Shown here one piece after another: positions 9,322 to 18,904 of a stretch of DNA of 64,000 nucleotides. Under the pieces are notes generated by a model. It was not told the origin of the DNA. It saw nothing but the letters and a program-made list of their open reading frames with translations, and ran no database searches. The stretch's first letter is position 1; the number at the start of each line of letters is the position of its first letter. The position numbers and the translations under genes are program-made. Source of the stretch: Gemmatimonadota bacterium (GTDB taxonomy: Bacteria; Gemmatimonadota; Gemmatimonadetes; Palauibacterales; Palauibacteraceae); contig OZ220691.1 of the NCBI GenBank assembly GCA_965116475.1, positions 128,001 through 192,000 of the forward strand, given 5' to 3'.

Positions 9322-10628
9322 GCTTCAGGCTCCCCGCCGTCCGGATCCGCCGCATCGTGCTCCACGGTGTCCGCCGTCGCCGCGACCTGCCCCCCCGTGA
9401 CCCGCAGCCGGAAGCGCTGGCTGGGCGTGAAGTCATCGATCCGCGTGAGGCGGTGTCCCTCGAGGTCCGTGACGACCGCGTAGCCGCGGGCCACCGTCTC
9501 GAGCGGGCTCCGCGCGTCGAGCGCCGCGGCCAGCTCGGCGAGCCGCGAACGCGAGCCGGCGAGCACGCGCTCCATCCCCGCCGGGAGTCGGGCGGCCATG
9601 GTTTCGAGGCGCAGCTTCGCGACATCGCGCGCGTGCCCCGCGGAGGCCGGCAGGCGTTGCGCCAGCGCTTCCACGCGATCGCTCCCGCGCACGATGAGTC
9701 GGCGCAACCCGCGAGCCAGACCTCTTCCCGCCGTGTCGAGCGAGGCGCGGATGCTCCGGATGTCCGGCGCCGCGAGTTCGGCGGCCGCAGACGGAGTCGG
9801 CGCCCGGAGGTCGGCCACCAGCTCGCACAGGGTCACGTCCACTTCGTGCCCGATGGCGCAGATCACCGGCACCGGACTCGCCGCGACCGCGCGAACCGCC
9901 GTCTCCTCGTTGAAGCACCACAGGTCCTCCACGGACCCGCCGCCGCGGCTGAGGATGATGGCGTCGAGCGTCCGGTCCGGAGCGCTCGCGCCCCAATCCG
10001 CGAGGCGCCCGAGGGCGGCCCGCACCTCCGCGGCGGCGCCCTCGCCCTGCACGCGGCAGTGGCGCACCACGATCTCGACCCACGGGGCCCGCCGACGGAG
10101 CACGGTGATGATGTCGTGAAGCGCTGCGCCCCCGCGCGACGTGACGACGCCCACGCGGCGAGGGAACGCGGGCAGGGCGCGCTTCCGCTCCGGATCGAGC
10201 AGGCCCTCCGCCGCCAGCTCCCGGCGGAGCCGCTCGAAGGCGATCCGCCACAGCCCCTCGCCCGCCGCCTCGAGGGCGCGCACGCGCAACTGGAACCGGC
10301 CCTGCCGTGCATAGAGGGTCGGGCGGCCGTGGACGAAGACCTCCATGCCGTCCTCCGGATCCGCCGGCAGGCGCCAGGCATCCCCCCGGAAGAAGATGCA
10401 CGCGACGCTGGCATCGCGCTCCTGGTCCCGCAGGGAGAAGTAGCGGTGCCCAGCGGAGGAGCGGGTCCAGTTCGTCACTTCGCCGCGGACCCAGAGGTCG
10501 CCGAACCGCTTCTCCAGCGTGCCGCGCGCCGCTTCGTTCAGGTCGGACACGGTGACCGCCCCCTCCGGGGAGCGGCCATCGCGGACGTTCGCCGCGCCGA
10601 ACAGCGAGGTCTGACGCGTCACGTTCAA
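9318..10628 (-). CDS. xseA: Exodeoxyribonuclease VII large subunit
   Basis: OB-fold start (WVRGEVTNW...GHRYFSL), RGGGSVEDLWCFN, GHEVD, APTPSAAAE. Confidence 0.96.
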   Translation of the reverse strand: MNVTRQTSLFGAANVRDGRSPEGAVTVSDLNEAARGTLEKRFGDLWVRGEVTNWTRSSAGHRYFSLRDQERDASVACIFFRGDAWRLPADPEDGMEVFVHGRPTLYARQGRFQLRVRALEAAGEGLWRIAFERLRRELAAEGLLDPERKRALPAFPRRVGVVTSRGGAALHDIITVLRRRAPWVEIVVRHCRVQGEGAAAEVRAALGRLADWGASAPDRTLDAIILSRGGGSVEDLWCFNEETAVRAVAASPVPVICAIGHEVDVTLCELVADLRAPTPSAAAELAAPDIRSIRASLDTAGRGLARGLRRLIVRGSDRVEALAQRLPASAGHARDVAKLRLETMAARLPAGMERVLAGSRSRLAELAAALDARSPLETVARGYAVVTDLEGHRLTRIDDFTPSQRFRLRVTGGQVAATADTVEHDAADPDGGEPEA

Positions 10629-11542
10629 CCCGACGCCGCCACCGTCCCCGCCGCGGCGAGGCTTGCGGTCCGCTCCGCCGATGTCACGGTGTTCCGGAGG
10701 AGCATGGCGATCGTCATCGGCCCCACCCCGCCGGGCACCGGAGTGATCCAGCTCGCGCGCTCCGCCGCCTCGTCGAACGCCACATCGCCGACGAGCCGGT
10801 AGCCTCGCTCCGTCGTCGGATCCTCCACCCGGTTCACTCCCACATCGATCACGACGGCCCCCTCCCGCACCATGTCGCCGCGAACGATGCCGGGGACGCC
10901 GACCGCGACGATGAGGATCTCGCCCTGGCGCGTCACGGCGCCGAGGTCCGCCGTCCGGCTGTGGGCCACGGTCACCGTGGCGTTCGCCCCGGGTTCCTTC
11001 TGGAGCATGATCTGGGACATCGGCATGCCGACGATGTTCGAGCGGCCGACGATGACGACGTGGGCGCCGGAGGTCTCCACGCCCGTCCTCCGGATGAGTT
11101 CCTGCACGCCGGCCGGCGTGGCGGGACGAAACGCGCTCGCGTCCCCCTGTGACATTCGGCCCTGGTTCACGGGATGGAACCCGTCGACGTCCTTGGCCGG
11201 ATCGATCCGCTCGGTCACCTCGCGCTCATCGAGGTGTCGCGGCAGGGGAAGCTGTACGAGAATCCCGTGGATGGCCGGATCCGCGTTCAGTTCATCGACG
11301 ATGCCGAGGAGTTCCGCGCGGCCGATGTCGGCGGGCGGCTTAATGTCGCGGGCGTAGATGCCGGCCTCCTCGCAGGCTCGCGTCTTCATCCGGACGTAGA
11401 CGTGCGAGGCGGGATCGTCGCCGACGAGCACGACGCCGAGGCCGGGCCGGATGCCCCGCTCCGCAAGGCCCCGCGCCCGTTCCGCCACTTCCGCCCGGAT
11501 CTCGGCCGCGATCCGCTTCCCGTCGATGAGCTGCGCCGTCAT
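10625..11542 (-). CDS. folD: Methylenetetrahydrofolate dehydrogenase/cyclohydrolase
   Basis: GILVQLPLP, KDVDGFHP, VGRSNIVG, TPVPGGVGPMT. Confidence 0.97.
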   Translation of the reverse strand: MTAQLIDGKRIAAEIRAEVAERARGLAERGIRPGLGVVLVGDDPASHVYVRMKTRACEEAGIYARDIKPPADIGRAELLGIVDELNADPAIHGILVQLPLPRHLDEREVTERIDPAKDVDGFHPVNQGRMSQGDASAFRPATPAGVQELIRRTGVETSGAHVVIVGRSNIVGMPMSQIMLQKEPGANATVTVAHSRTADLGAVTRQGEILIVAVGVPGIVRGDMVREGAVVIDVGVNRVEDPTTERGYRLVGDVAFDEAAERASWITPVPGGVGPMTIAMLLRNTVTSAERTASLAAAGTVAASG

Positions 11543-11580
11543 CCATTCTCTCCGCTGTTAGCGTGGTGTTGGCATGTTGG

Positions 11581-13152
11581 TCAGCGTGCGAAGTCCACGG
11601 TTCGCGACTCGCGCACGACGACGACCTTGATCTGCCCCGGGTACTGCAACTCGTTCTCGATGCGGCGGGCCGTCCGCTCCGACAGCCTCGCCATCTCCTC
11701 GTCGGAGACCTTGTCCGGGGTCACCATGATCCGGATCTCCCGTCCCGCCTGAATCGCGTAGACCTTCTCGACCCCGTCCCAGGAACCCGCGATCTCCTCC
11801 AGTTTCTCCAACCGCTTCACGTAGTGCTCAAACGACTCCCGCCGCGCGCCGGGGCGGGCGCCCGAGATCGCGTCCGCCGCCGTCACAAGGAAGGTCTCCG
11901 GGTAGCGAGCGGGTTCCTCACCGTGGTGCGCGCGGATCGCGTTCAGCACGCCGTCCTTCTCCCCGCACTGCTTGCACAGATCGTAGCCGATCTCGACGTG
12001 GCTCCCCTCCTTCTCGTGCGTGAGCCCCTTCCCGATGTCGTGCAGCAGACCCATTCGCTTCACGAGTTGCGTATCGAGCGCGAGTTCCGCGGCCATCGTC
12101 GCTCCGATGAGCGCGACCTCGTGCGCGTGCTGCAGCTGGTTCTGCCCGTAGCTGGTCCGGAAGCGGAGGACGCCGAGCACTTCGCGGAGTTTGGGGTGCA
12201 GGTCGTGGATACCGAGTTCGTACAGGACCTCGTCGGCCGCCTGGCGCATCGTGGTTTGAACATCCTCGCGCGCCTTTTCCACAACTTCCTCGATGCGGCC
12301 GGGGTGGATCCGGCCGTCGCCGACGAGGCGATCCATCGCCAGCCGCGCAACCTCGCGGCGGACGGGATCGAAGCAGGAGAGGATGACGGCCTCGGGCGTA
12401 TCGTCCACGACGACGTCGACGCCGGTGGCCGCCTCGAATGAGCGGATGTTCCGGCCTTCGCGTCCGATGATCCGGCCCTTCATGTCGTCGCTGGGGAGCG
12501 TGACGACCGAGACGGCCGCCTCGGAGGAGTGATCGACGGAGAGCTTCTCGATCGCTTGGGAAATGATCTTGCGGGCCTCCCGCTCGGCCTCGCCACGAGC
12601 CCGCTCGGTGACCTCCCTCACGTGCTGTGCGGCGTCCGCCCGCGCCTCGTCGCGAATCTGCCCTACCAGCTCGCGGCGCGCGGCCTCCCGGCTGATGCCC
12701 GCGATCTCCTCGAGCCGCCGTCCGAGTTCCCGCTCCCGGTCGACAAGCTCCTTCGCCCGCGTGTCGAGTTCGCCGCGCTCCGCCTCGATCTGCTCGCGGC
12801 GACGATCCACCCGCTCCTGCCGCTGGTCGATCTTCTCGAGCTTCCGTTCGAGCGTCTCGCTCCGCTCAAGCGTCCGCTGTTCCAGCCGCTCGAGCTCGGC
12901 GCGCCGGCGCTCCGCTTCCCTGGCCGATTCCTCACGGAGCCGCTGCGCCTCTTCGCGCCCCGCCAGTTCCGCCGCCTTGCGGAGGCTTCCCGCCTCCAGC
13001 CTGGCGGACTCGATGATGTCCCGCCCGTCGCTCTCGAGGCGGCCGCGCGCCCGGCGCAGGCCCCGCCGCTCGATCAGGATCCCTGCGATGCCCCCCGCCA
13101 CGAGACCCGCAATGGCCAACAGCATCGTCGGCACGGTGATGGATTCCAGCAT
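11581..13152 (-). CDS. rny: Ribonuclease Y (start placed at ATG 13152)
   Basis: N-terminal TM anchor, coiled coil, KH domain (MKGRIIGREGRNIR), HD domain (LLHDIGK), C-terminal YAIQAGREIR. Confidence 0.96.
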   Translation of the reverse strand: MLESITVPTMLLAIAGLVAGGIAGILIERRGLRRARGRLESDGRDIIESARLEAGSLRKAAELAGREEAQRLREESAREAERRRAELERLEQRTLERSETLERKLEKIDQRQERVDRRREQIEAERGELDTRAKELVDRERELGRRLEEIAGISREAARRELVGQIRDEARADAAQHVREVTERARGEAEREARKIISQAIEKLSVDHSSEAAVSVVTLPSDDMKGRIIGREGRNIRSFEAATGVDVVVDDTPEAVILSCFDPVRREVARLAMDRLVGDGRIHPGRIEEVVEKAREDVQTTMRQAADEVLYELGIHDLHPKLREVLGVLRFRTSYGQNQLQHAHEVALIGATMAAELALDTQLVKRMGLLHDIGKGLTHEKEGSHVEIGYDLCKQCGEKDGVLNAIRAHHGEEPARYPETFLVTAADAISGARPGARRESFEHYVKRLEKLEEIAGSWDGVEKVYAIQAGREIRIMVTPDKVSDEEMARLSERTARRIENELQYPGQIKVVVVRESRTVDFAR

Positions 13153-13185
13153 GGCCAGACTCCAATCCTCGAACCATCTATGAAC

Positions 13186-13213
13186 AAAAAAACCGGCGGA
13201 CTCATCCACCGGT
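13186..13213 (-). terminator. Intrinsic terminator just upstream of rny
   Basis: Minus strand ACCGGTGGA-TGAG-TCCGCCGGT followed by a T tract. Confidence 0.75.
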
Positions 13214-13330
13214 GCATGCCGCTCAGATCGGGCGGAGCGCTACGCTCCGGCCGATCATCTATCTGAAGCTGGGGCCCCGCACGCGCGAAGCCGCCTTACG
13301 GACAGCACAACACCGACTGCTAACTCACGC
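13186..13330 (-). ncRNA. Structured RNA between zapA and rny (rny leader/attenuator or divergent 6S-like RNA)
   Basis: Several hairpins, a G.U-rich closing helix and a terminator in a non-coding gap. The position downstream of zapA is where 6S RNA lies in many bacteria. Confidence 0.5.
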
Positions 13331-13384
13331 AAGGAAACGTTGCTCCGGATTCTGCACGCCGCAAGCGGACGGCGGGCGGGCCGG

Positions 13385-13690
13385 CTACCCCGCGGTGGTG
13401 CCGGCGATGGACTCGAGCCGTTCGGTCACTTCCGTGACGCGCGCCTCTACGGCGGCCGTGAGCTGCTCGACCTCCTGGCGGGCCTGGAGGAGTTCATCGG
13501 TGATCTCGAGCGCGGCGAGAATCGCGGCGCGGTGGGGCTCGGCGACGCCCGCCATGTGCGCACGTTGAATCGCATCGTCCACGTACTTCGCGCAGGCCCG
13601 CGTGTGCGCCTCGCCCCGGTCCGTTCGGATCCGGTATCGATCGCCGAAGATCGTCACGCCGATCGGGGGCGACTCATCCGCTGAAATCAT
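13385..13690 (-). CDS. zapA: Cell division protein ZapA
   Basis: VTIFGDRYRI...AKYVD...AILAALEITDEL pattern; pheT-zapA-rny synteny. Confidence 0.88.
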   Translation of the reverse strand: MISADESPPIGVTIFGDRYRIRTDRGEAHTRACAKYVDDAIQRAHMAGVAEPHRAAILAALEITDELLQARQEVEQLTAAVEARVTEVTERLESIAGTTAG

Positions 13691-13947
13691 ACCTCATCCT
13701 CCACATGAGCGAGACGGTTGCGCAATCGCACGGCCTTTTCCCTGGCCTCGGCCAACAACTCGCGCAGACGACGGTTCTCCGCCGTCACCGCCTTGAGGCG
13801 CTCTTCGATGTCCGGGGTCGCCGGTCCGCTCGGGCCCGCGACCCGGGGTTCCTTCCGATGGGTCTCGATCCTGCCCGCCGCCCGCGAGAGGCGGTCGAGC
13901 AGTCGCTCGACTTCCCGTTGCCGGTCAGGACCTGCGGATCTTTGCAC
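13687..13947 (-). CDS. Small coiled-coil protein (ZapB-like position); start uncertain
   Basis: Heptad-rich ENRRLRELLAEAREKAVRLRNRL; stop overlaps the zapA ATG (ATGA). Confidence 0.6.
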   Translation of the reverse strand: MQRSAGPDRQREVERLLDRLSRAAGRIETHRKEPRVAGPSGPATPDIEERLKAVTAENRRLRELLAEAREKAVRLRNRLAHVEDEV

Positions 13948-16426
13948 CGAACCGTTTCTCCAGGGCGTTTGAGAGCGCGGACATCTCCGATTCGACGTCC
14001 CGATCCGTGAGCGTACGGTCGGGAGCCCGGAAGCGAAATGTCCATGCCAGTCCGAGGCGGCCGCCCTCGATTTCCTCACCCGAATAGACGTCGAAGAGGC
14101 GCACGTCGCGCAGGAGATCGGAGGCCGCTTCTCTCGCCGCCCGTTCGATGTCCGCGGCGGGGACGCCTCGCGGCACCGTCATCGAGAGATCCCGGCGCAC
14201 GGCCGGGAACGGCGATGTCTTCCGGTAGGCGGGCACGGGCCGCCCCTCGACGGCAGCGAGATCGAACTCGAGCGCGAACGCGGGCGCGGCCCACGGGGGA
14301 GCGTCGAGGGACGCCCCGTCCACGGCCCCCGCGACGCCGACCGTGCGGCCGTCCTTCACGGCCCGGAACCCGCCGGGGGAAAGCCAGGGTCCGGCGAGAG
14401 ACGCTCCGCGCTCCGACGCGTCCCCGGCGCCGTCGAGCGGCTCCAGCCTCGCCCCGCACAGACGGTCCGCGAAGGATCCGGCGATCTCCTTGAGATCCCA
14501 CAGGTCGAAGTCGAGGCCCGGCCCCGACCAGTGATCCGGACGCCGGGCCCCGGCGACGACGGCCCCCACCCTTCCGGACTCCTCGAAACGGCCGGTTCCG
14601 TCGACTTCCTCCTCCGGACCGGGGCCGGCCGCGTACCCGAACACGGTGCCGAGTTCGAACAGGCGCACGTTGCGGTTGCCGCGCGCATAGTTGTGTTCCA
14701 GCCGCCGGAGCAGCACGGGGACCATGGCGGAGCGTAGGCAGCTCTCCTCGGCAGAGAGCGGGTTCGGCACCGACACAACGGCGCGATTCCCCCGATAGTC
14801 CTCCGGCATGAAACTCAGGCTGCGCGCTTCGAGGAGTCCGCGTCCGGTGAGCGTCTCCCGCACCCTGGCCGCCTTTTCGATCCGCGGGTCCGCGGGCACC
14901 GCGCTCGGCCGGAACCGGCGGTCCTGGCCCGCCGCGGCGTCGTACCCGACGCGGCGCGCGACTTCCTCCACGAGATCGATCTCCCGGACGACGTCGGTGC
15001 GCCATCCGGGCACGGAGACGCGCAGCAGGTCGCTCGTCCCGCCCGCGCGGTTGCCACTGTCCACGGTGTCCTCGGCGTTTGCGCCGGGGAGCGCCTCGAA
15101 GCCGATCGGCTCGAGCGCGGCGTGGACGTCCGCCCCGTCGAGGCCGAAGCCGAGCACCTGGTTCACGCGACTCACGCGAACGTCGATCGGCGGGGCCGGC
15201 GCCGGCACCGGGCCCGCGCGGAGGCCGACGAGGTCCGCCTCGCCGCCGGCCGTGGCGAGGATGAGTTCCACGCACCGCGCAAGCGCCCGCTCCTGGGCGT
15301 GGACATCGATCCCCCGCTCGAAGCGATAGGACGCGTCGGTGGAGAGCCCCGCGCCGGTCCGGGTCCGCCGCACGCCGGCCGGATCGAACGACGCGCACTC
15401 GATGAGCAGATCGACCGTATCCCCCGTCACCTCCGTGTCGAGCCCTCCCATCACGCCCGCGAAGGCGATCGCGCGATCGCGGTCCGCGATCACCGTCTGG
15501 CCGGGCGTGAGCTTGTGCTCCTGGCCATCGAGCGTCGTCAGCGGCTCGCCCGCCACGGCCGCACGCACGCGGATCTCCGCTCCGGCCAGCCGCGCGAGAT
15601 CGAAGGCGTGCAGCGGCTGGTTCAGCTCGTGGAGGACGTAGTTCGTCGCATCGACGACGTTGCTGATCGGACGCGCCCCCACCGCGAGCAGCCGGCCCGC
15701 GAGCCACGGCGGCGACGGCCCGACCCGGACGCCGCGGATGACGGCCGCCATGTAGCGCGGACACCGTCCCGGATCCTCGATGCGAACCGTGACCCCGGCT
15801 CCGCTCGCCTCGGACTCGCCGTCCCGCCACTCGGGCGACCACGCCGGTCCCCCGAAGTCGCGCGGCGACGGAGGCCCTCCCACTTCCCGCGCGACCCCCA
15901 CGTGGCAGGCGAGGTCGACCCGGTTCGGGTTCAGGTCCAGCGCGAGACGCGTGTCGGGCAGGCCCAGCGCCTCCGCGAGCGGCGTTCCCGGCTCGAGTCC
16001 GTCCGCGAGGCGCATGATGCCCCCCTTGTCGCGGCCCAGCTCGAGTTCGGCCTCCGAGCACAGCATGCCGTGACTCAACTCGCCGCGGATCTTCCGGCTC
16101 TCGATGCGGAAGCCGGCGGGAAGTTCGCCGCCGGGCGCCACGTGCGGATAGCACCCTCCCGTGGCGATGACGGGAGCTCCGCACACCACGTCGAGCACCT
16201 CGCCGCCCCCCCGGTCCACCCTGCACAGGGTGAGCCGGTCCGCGTTCGGGTGCGGACGGGTCTCGAGGACGCGGGACACGACGATCCCATCCAGCCCCGC
16301 CCCCACCGTCTCGACCTTCTCGACCGCGGCGGCGGTCATCGTCAGGCGCTCGGCCAGGGCCCGCGGGTCGCGCAACTCCCCGCGCAGTCCGGCCAGTTCG
16401 TCGATCCAGTTGAACGAGATGTTCAT
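13925..16426 (-). CDS. pheT: Phenylalanine-tRNA ligase beta subunit
   Basis: MNISFNWI start, HPNADRL, VVCGAP, NQPLHAFD, SYRFERG, C-terminal FDX-ACB domain. Confidence 0.97.
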   Translation of the reverse strand: MNISFNWIDELAGLRGELRDPRALAERLTMTAAAVEKVETVGAGLDGIVVSRVLETRPHPNADRLTLCRVDRGGGEVLDVVCGAPVIATGGCYPHVAPGGELPAGFRIESRKIRGELSHGMLCSEAELELGRDKGGIMRLADGLEPGTPLAEALGLPDTRLALDLNPNRVDLACHVGVAREVGGPPSPRDFGGPAWSPEWRDGESEASGAGVTVRIEDPGRCPRYMAAVIRGVRVGPSPPWLAGRLLAVGARPISNVVDATNYVLHELNQPLHAFDLARLAGAEIRVRAAVAGEPLTTLDGQEHKLTPGQTVIADRDRAIAFAGVMGGLDTEVTGDTVDLLIECASFDPAGVRRTRTGAGLSTDASYRFERGIDVHAQERALARCVELILATAGGEADLVGLRAGPVPAPAPPIDVRVSRVNQVLGFGLDGADVHAALEPIGFEALPGANAEDTVDSGNRAGGTSDLLRVSVPGWRTDVVREIDLVEEVARRVGYDAAAGQDRRFRPSAVPADPRIEKAARVRETLTGRGLLEARSLSFMPEDYRGNRAVVSVPNPLSAEESCLRSAMVPVLLRRLEHNYARGNRNVRLFELGTVFGYAAGPGPEEEVDGTGRFEESGRVGAVVAGARRPDHWSGPGLDFDLWDLKEIAGSFADRLCGARLEPLDGAGDASERGASLAGPWLSPGGFRAVKDGRTVGVAGAVDGASLDAPPWAAPAFALEFDLAAVEGRPVPAYRKTSPFPAVRRDLSMTVPRGVPAADIERAAREAASDLLRDVRLFDVYSGEEIEGGRLGLAWTFRFRAPDRTLTDRDVESEMSALSNALEKRFGAKIRRS

Positions 16427-17457
16427 GCGAACTGCTGCAGAAAGCTCATCTCCCCCTCGTAGAGGAGCCGCATATCGGGGATCCCGTGCCGCACCATCGC
16501 GATGCGGGCCGGTCCCATCCCGAATGCATAGCCCGTGTAGCGCTCCGGGTCGTAGCCCACGGCCTCGAAGACGGCGGGGTCCACCATCCCGCTGCCCATG
16601 ATCGTGATCCAACCCGTGCGCTTGCAGGTGGAGCAGCCACCCCCGGCGCACACCGCGCACGACACGTCCACCTCCGCCGAAGGCTCCGTGAACGGATAGA
16701 AGGAGGGCCGAAACCGGCTCTTCGTCCCCGGGCCGAAGAAATGGTGCACGAAGTGCTCGATCGCGGCGCGGAACTCCACGAAATCCACGCCTTCGTCGAC
16801 CGCGAGACCCTCGATCTGCTCGAAGGCGGGCGCGTGCGAGGGGTCGAAGGAGTCGCGCCGGTACGCGAGCCCCGGAACGACGACGCGGACGGGCGGCCGG
16901 AAGGCCTCCATCACGCGCGCCTGGACGGGCGAGGTGTGCGTCCGCAGCACGACACTCTTCTCCAGGTAGAAGGTGTCCATCATGTCCGCGGCGGGGTGAT
17001 CGAGCGGGATGTTGAGCGCCGTGAAGTTGTACCACGTGGACTCGATCTCGGGGCCGAGCACGCTCGTGAACCCGAGTTCGGCGAAGATCTCGCAGATCTC
17101 GTCGATGACCCGGGTCACGGGATGCACGCCGCCGACCCAGCGCTCGCGAGCGGGAAGGGTCAGGTCGATGCGGGCGCGCGGGCCGCGGGTGGCACTCTCC
17201 AGCGCCTTCGCCCGCTCTTCGAGGGCTCCGCGCAGCACCGTCTTCACGGCGTTCGCGCGCTGTCCGACATCGCGCCGGGCCCGCGGCTCGACGGTGCCGA
17301 TCAGGGACATGACGTCGGCCAACTGACCGTTGCGGCCCAGGTATTCGACGCGGGCGGACTCGAGCGCGGCGGCGTCCCCGGCTTCCCCGATCGCGGCGAG
17401 CCCCTTCCCCTCGATGGCGGCGAGCCGATCGAGGAGAGAAGCGCCGGCCACGGTCAT
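16423..17457 (-). CDS. pheS: Phenylalanine-tRNA ligase alpha subunit
   Basis: [24 protein letters not shown]. Confidence 0.97.
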   Translation of the reverse strand: MTVAGASLLDRLAAIEGKGLAAIGEAGDAAALESARVEYLGRNGQLADVMSLIGTVEPRARRDVGQRANAVKTVLRGALEERAKALESATRGPRARIDLTLPARERWVGGVHPVTRVIDEICEIFAELGFTSVLGPEIESTWYNFTALNIPLDHPAADMMDTFYLEKSVVLRTHTSPVQARVMEAFRPPVRVVVPGLAYRRDSFDPSHAPAFEQIEGLAVDEGVDFVEFRAAIEHFVHHFFGPGTKSRFRPSFYPFTEPSAEVDVSCAVCAGGGCSTCKRTGWITIMGSGMVDPAVFEAVGYDPERYTGYAFGMGPARIAMVRHGIPDMRLLYEGEMSFLQQFA

Positions 17458-17810
17458 GGGCCGTGCGCTTTGGCCACCTCGACGAGCTTGGTAAAGGCGG
17501 CCGGATCCCGGATGGCGAGGTCCGCGAGCACCTTGCGGTTCAGGTCGACGCCGGCGCTCTTCAGCCCGCTCACGAACCGGGAATACGACATCCCGTTCTG
17601 CCGGGCCGCGGCGTTGATGCGGGCGATCCACAGGCGGCGAAAGTCGCGCTTCTTCTTGCGCCGGTCGACGTATGCATAGGCCCAGCCGCGCTCGACGGAG
17701 TTTTTCGCCGTACGATAGAGCTTCGAACGCGCTCCGAACTGGCCGCGGGCTTCCTTGAGGATCTTCTTCTTTCGACGGTTGCGTGCAACGCTGCTCGTCG
17801 CGCGTGGCAT
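17454..17810 (-). CDS. rplT: 50S ribosomal protein L20
   Basis: MPRA...[17 protein letters not shown]...[10 protein letters not shown]. Confidence 0.98.
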   Translation of the reverse strand: MPRATSSVARNRRKKKILKEARGQFGARSKLYRTAKNSVERGWAYAYVDRRKKKRDFRRLWIARINAAARQNGMSYSRFVSGLKSAGVDLNRKVLADLAIRDPAAFTKLVEVAKAHGP

Positions 17811-17884
17811 GACCGCACCTCCTGATTCCTGATACTGAGACTGTCCGGATACTGTCCGGGGAACGGGGCGAACCAGTGCCCGAA

Positions 17885-18079
17885 CTAAGTCCCCAGGAGC
17901 CGTTTCACCCGCTTCTCGTCCGCTTTCGCCACCAAGGTCCCCTTACGGAGCCGCCGCTTACGCTTGGGGCTCTTCTTCGTCAGGATGTGGCTGTGGTAGG
18001 CACGCCGGCGTCGGAATTTCCCGCTGCCGGTCTTTCGAAACCGCTTCGCGGCGGACCGGTTCGTCTTCATTTTCGGCAT
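17885..18079 (-). CDS. rpmI: 50S ribosomal protein L35
   Basis: [14 protein letters not shown]...[12 protein letters not shown]. Confidence 0.98.
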   Translation of the reverse strand: MPKMKTNRSAAKRFRKTGSGKFRRRRAYHSHILTKKSPKRKRRLRKGTLVAKADEKRVKRLLGT

Positions 18080-18178
18080 CTTGCGTATGCTCCGGTTCAG
18101 CTCCGTCCCCGGCCGTCCGAGACGGAGTCGTCGTCCTGGAGTGGACCAGCAGCCGGGCTGCTGCGTGCGCCCGGGCTG

Positions 18179-18691
18179 CTACGTGCGGTGCGGTCCCATG
18201 AGCATGGTCATCGTGCGACCCTCGTGGGAGATGTCCGACTCCACCACCGCGATGTCCTCCAACTCGTCCTTCACCATCTCGAGGATCCGTCGGCCCCGCT
18301 CCGGGTGCGTGACCTCGCGGCCCCGGAACATGAGCGTGAACTTCACCTTGTCGCCATCGCCGAGGAACCGCCGCGCGTGCCGCATCTTGAAGTCGATGTC
18401 GTGCGCCTCGATCTTCGGCCGCAGCTTCACTTCCTTGACGTGGATGATGTGCTGTTTCTTCTTCGCTTCCCGCGCCTTCCTCGCCTGCGCGTACTTGTAC
18501 TTTCCGAAGTCCATGAGCCGACAGACGGGCGGACGCGCGCCCGGCGCCACCTCCACGAGGTCGAGCCCGCGTTCGGCCGCGAGGGCGCGAGCTTCGTCCG
18601 TCGCGACGATGCCTAGCTGGGTGCCCTCTTCATCGATGAGCCGGATGGGGCTTATCCGGATCTTGTCGTTGACTCTGGGATCTCCGTTCAC
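18179..18691 (-). CDS. infC: Translation initiation factor IF-3
   Basis: RVNDKI...LDLVEVAP...PPVCRLMDFGKYKY, KEVKLRP, FRGRE. Confidence 0.97.
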   Translation of the reverse strand: MNGDPRVNDKIRISPIRLIDEEGTQLGIVATDEARALAAERGLDLVEVAPGARPPVCRLMDFGKYKYAQARKAREAKKKQHIIHVKEVKLRPKIEAHDIDFKMRHARRFLGDGDKVKFTLMFRGREVTHPERGRRILEMVKDELEDIAVVESDISHEGRTMTMLMGPHRT

Positions 18692-18701
18692 TTCACCTCA
18701 T

Positions 18702-18840
18702 AAGAAAAGCCCGGTTCGGCGACGGCCGACCGGGCACGAAGGCACGCCCCTCGCGGGGAGTGCGCGTTCGACCCGGCAGCAGCACGATTCCGTGCGCCGA
18801 TAGGGTGGGGGCATCGCGGCCCCGCTTGTCAGTTTTTCAA
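18702..18840 (-). promoter_or_regulatory. L20-leader-like transcription attenuator of infC-rpmI-rplT
   Basis: Minus strand AAGCGGGGC...GCCCCCACC...GGGTC multi-stem, followed by terminator GCCCGGTCGGC-CGTC-GCCGAACCGGGC-TTTTCTT just before the infC RBS. Confidence 0.6.
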
Positions 18841-18847
18841 CGCCCGG

Positions 18848-18876
18848 AAAGTGCCCCCGCGCCGGCCCCCTGTCAA
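18848..18876 (-). promoter_or_regulatory. Sigma70-type promoter for the infC operon (TTGACA-N17-CACTTT)
   Basis: Perfect -35, 17-nt spacer, partial -10. Confidence 0.55.
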
Positions 18877-18904
18877 CGACCGCCAGCGGGAGAACTGGTT
18901 GACC

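Noticed and set aside
13925..17631. Extended N-termini from the ORF track for pheT and pheS (likewise mutL, pyrC, rluB, nadK, bshA)
   Set aside because: The extensions overlap upstream genes; conserved starts with ATGA/GTGA-type coupling or RBSs give the shorter coordinates used.
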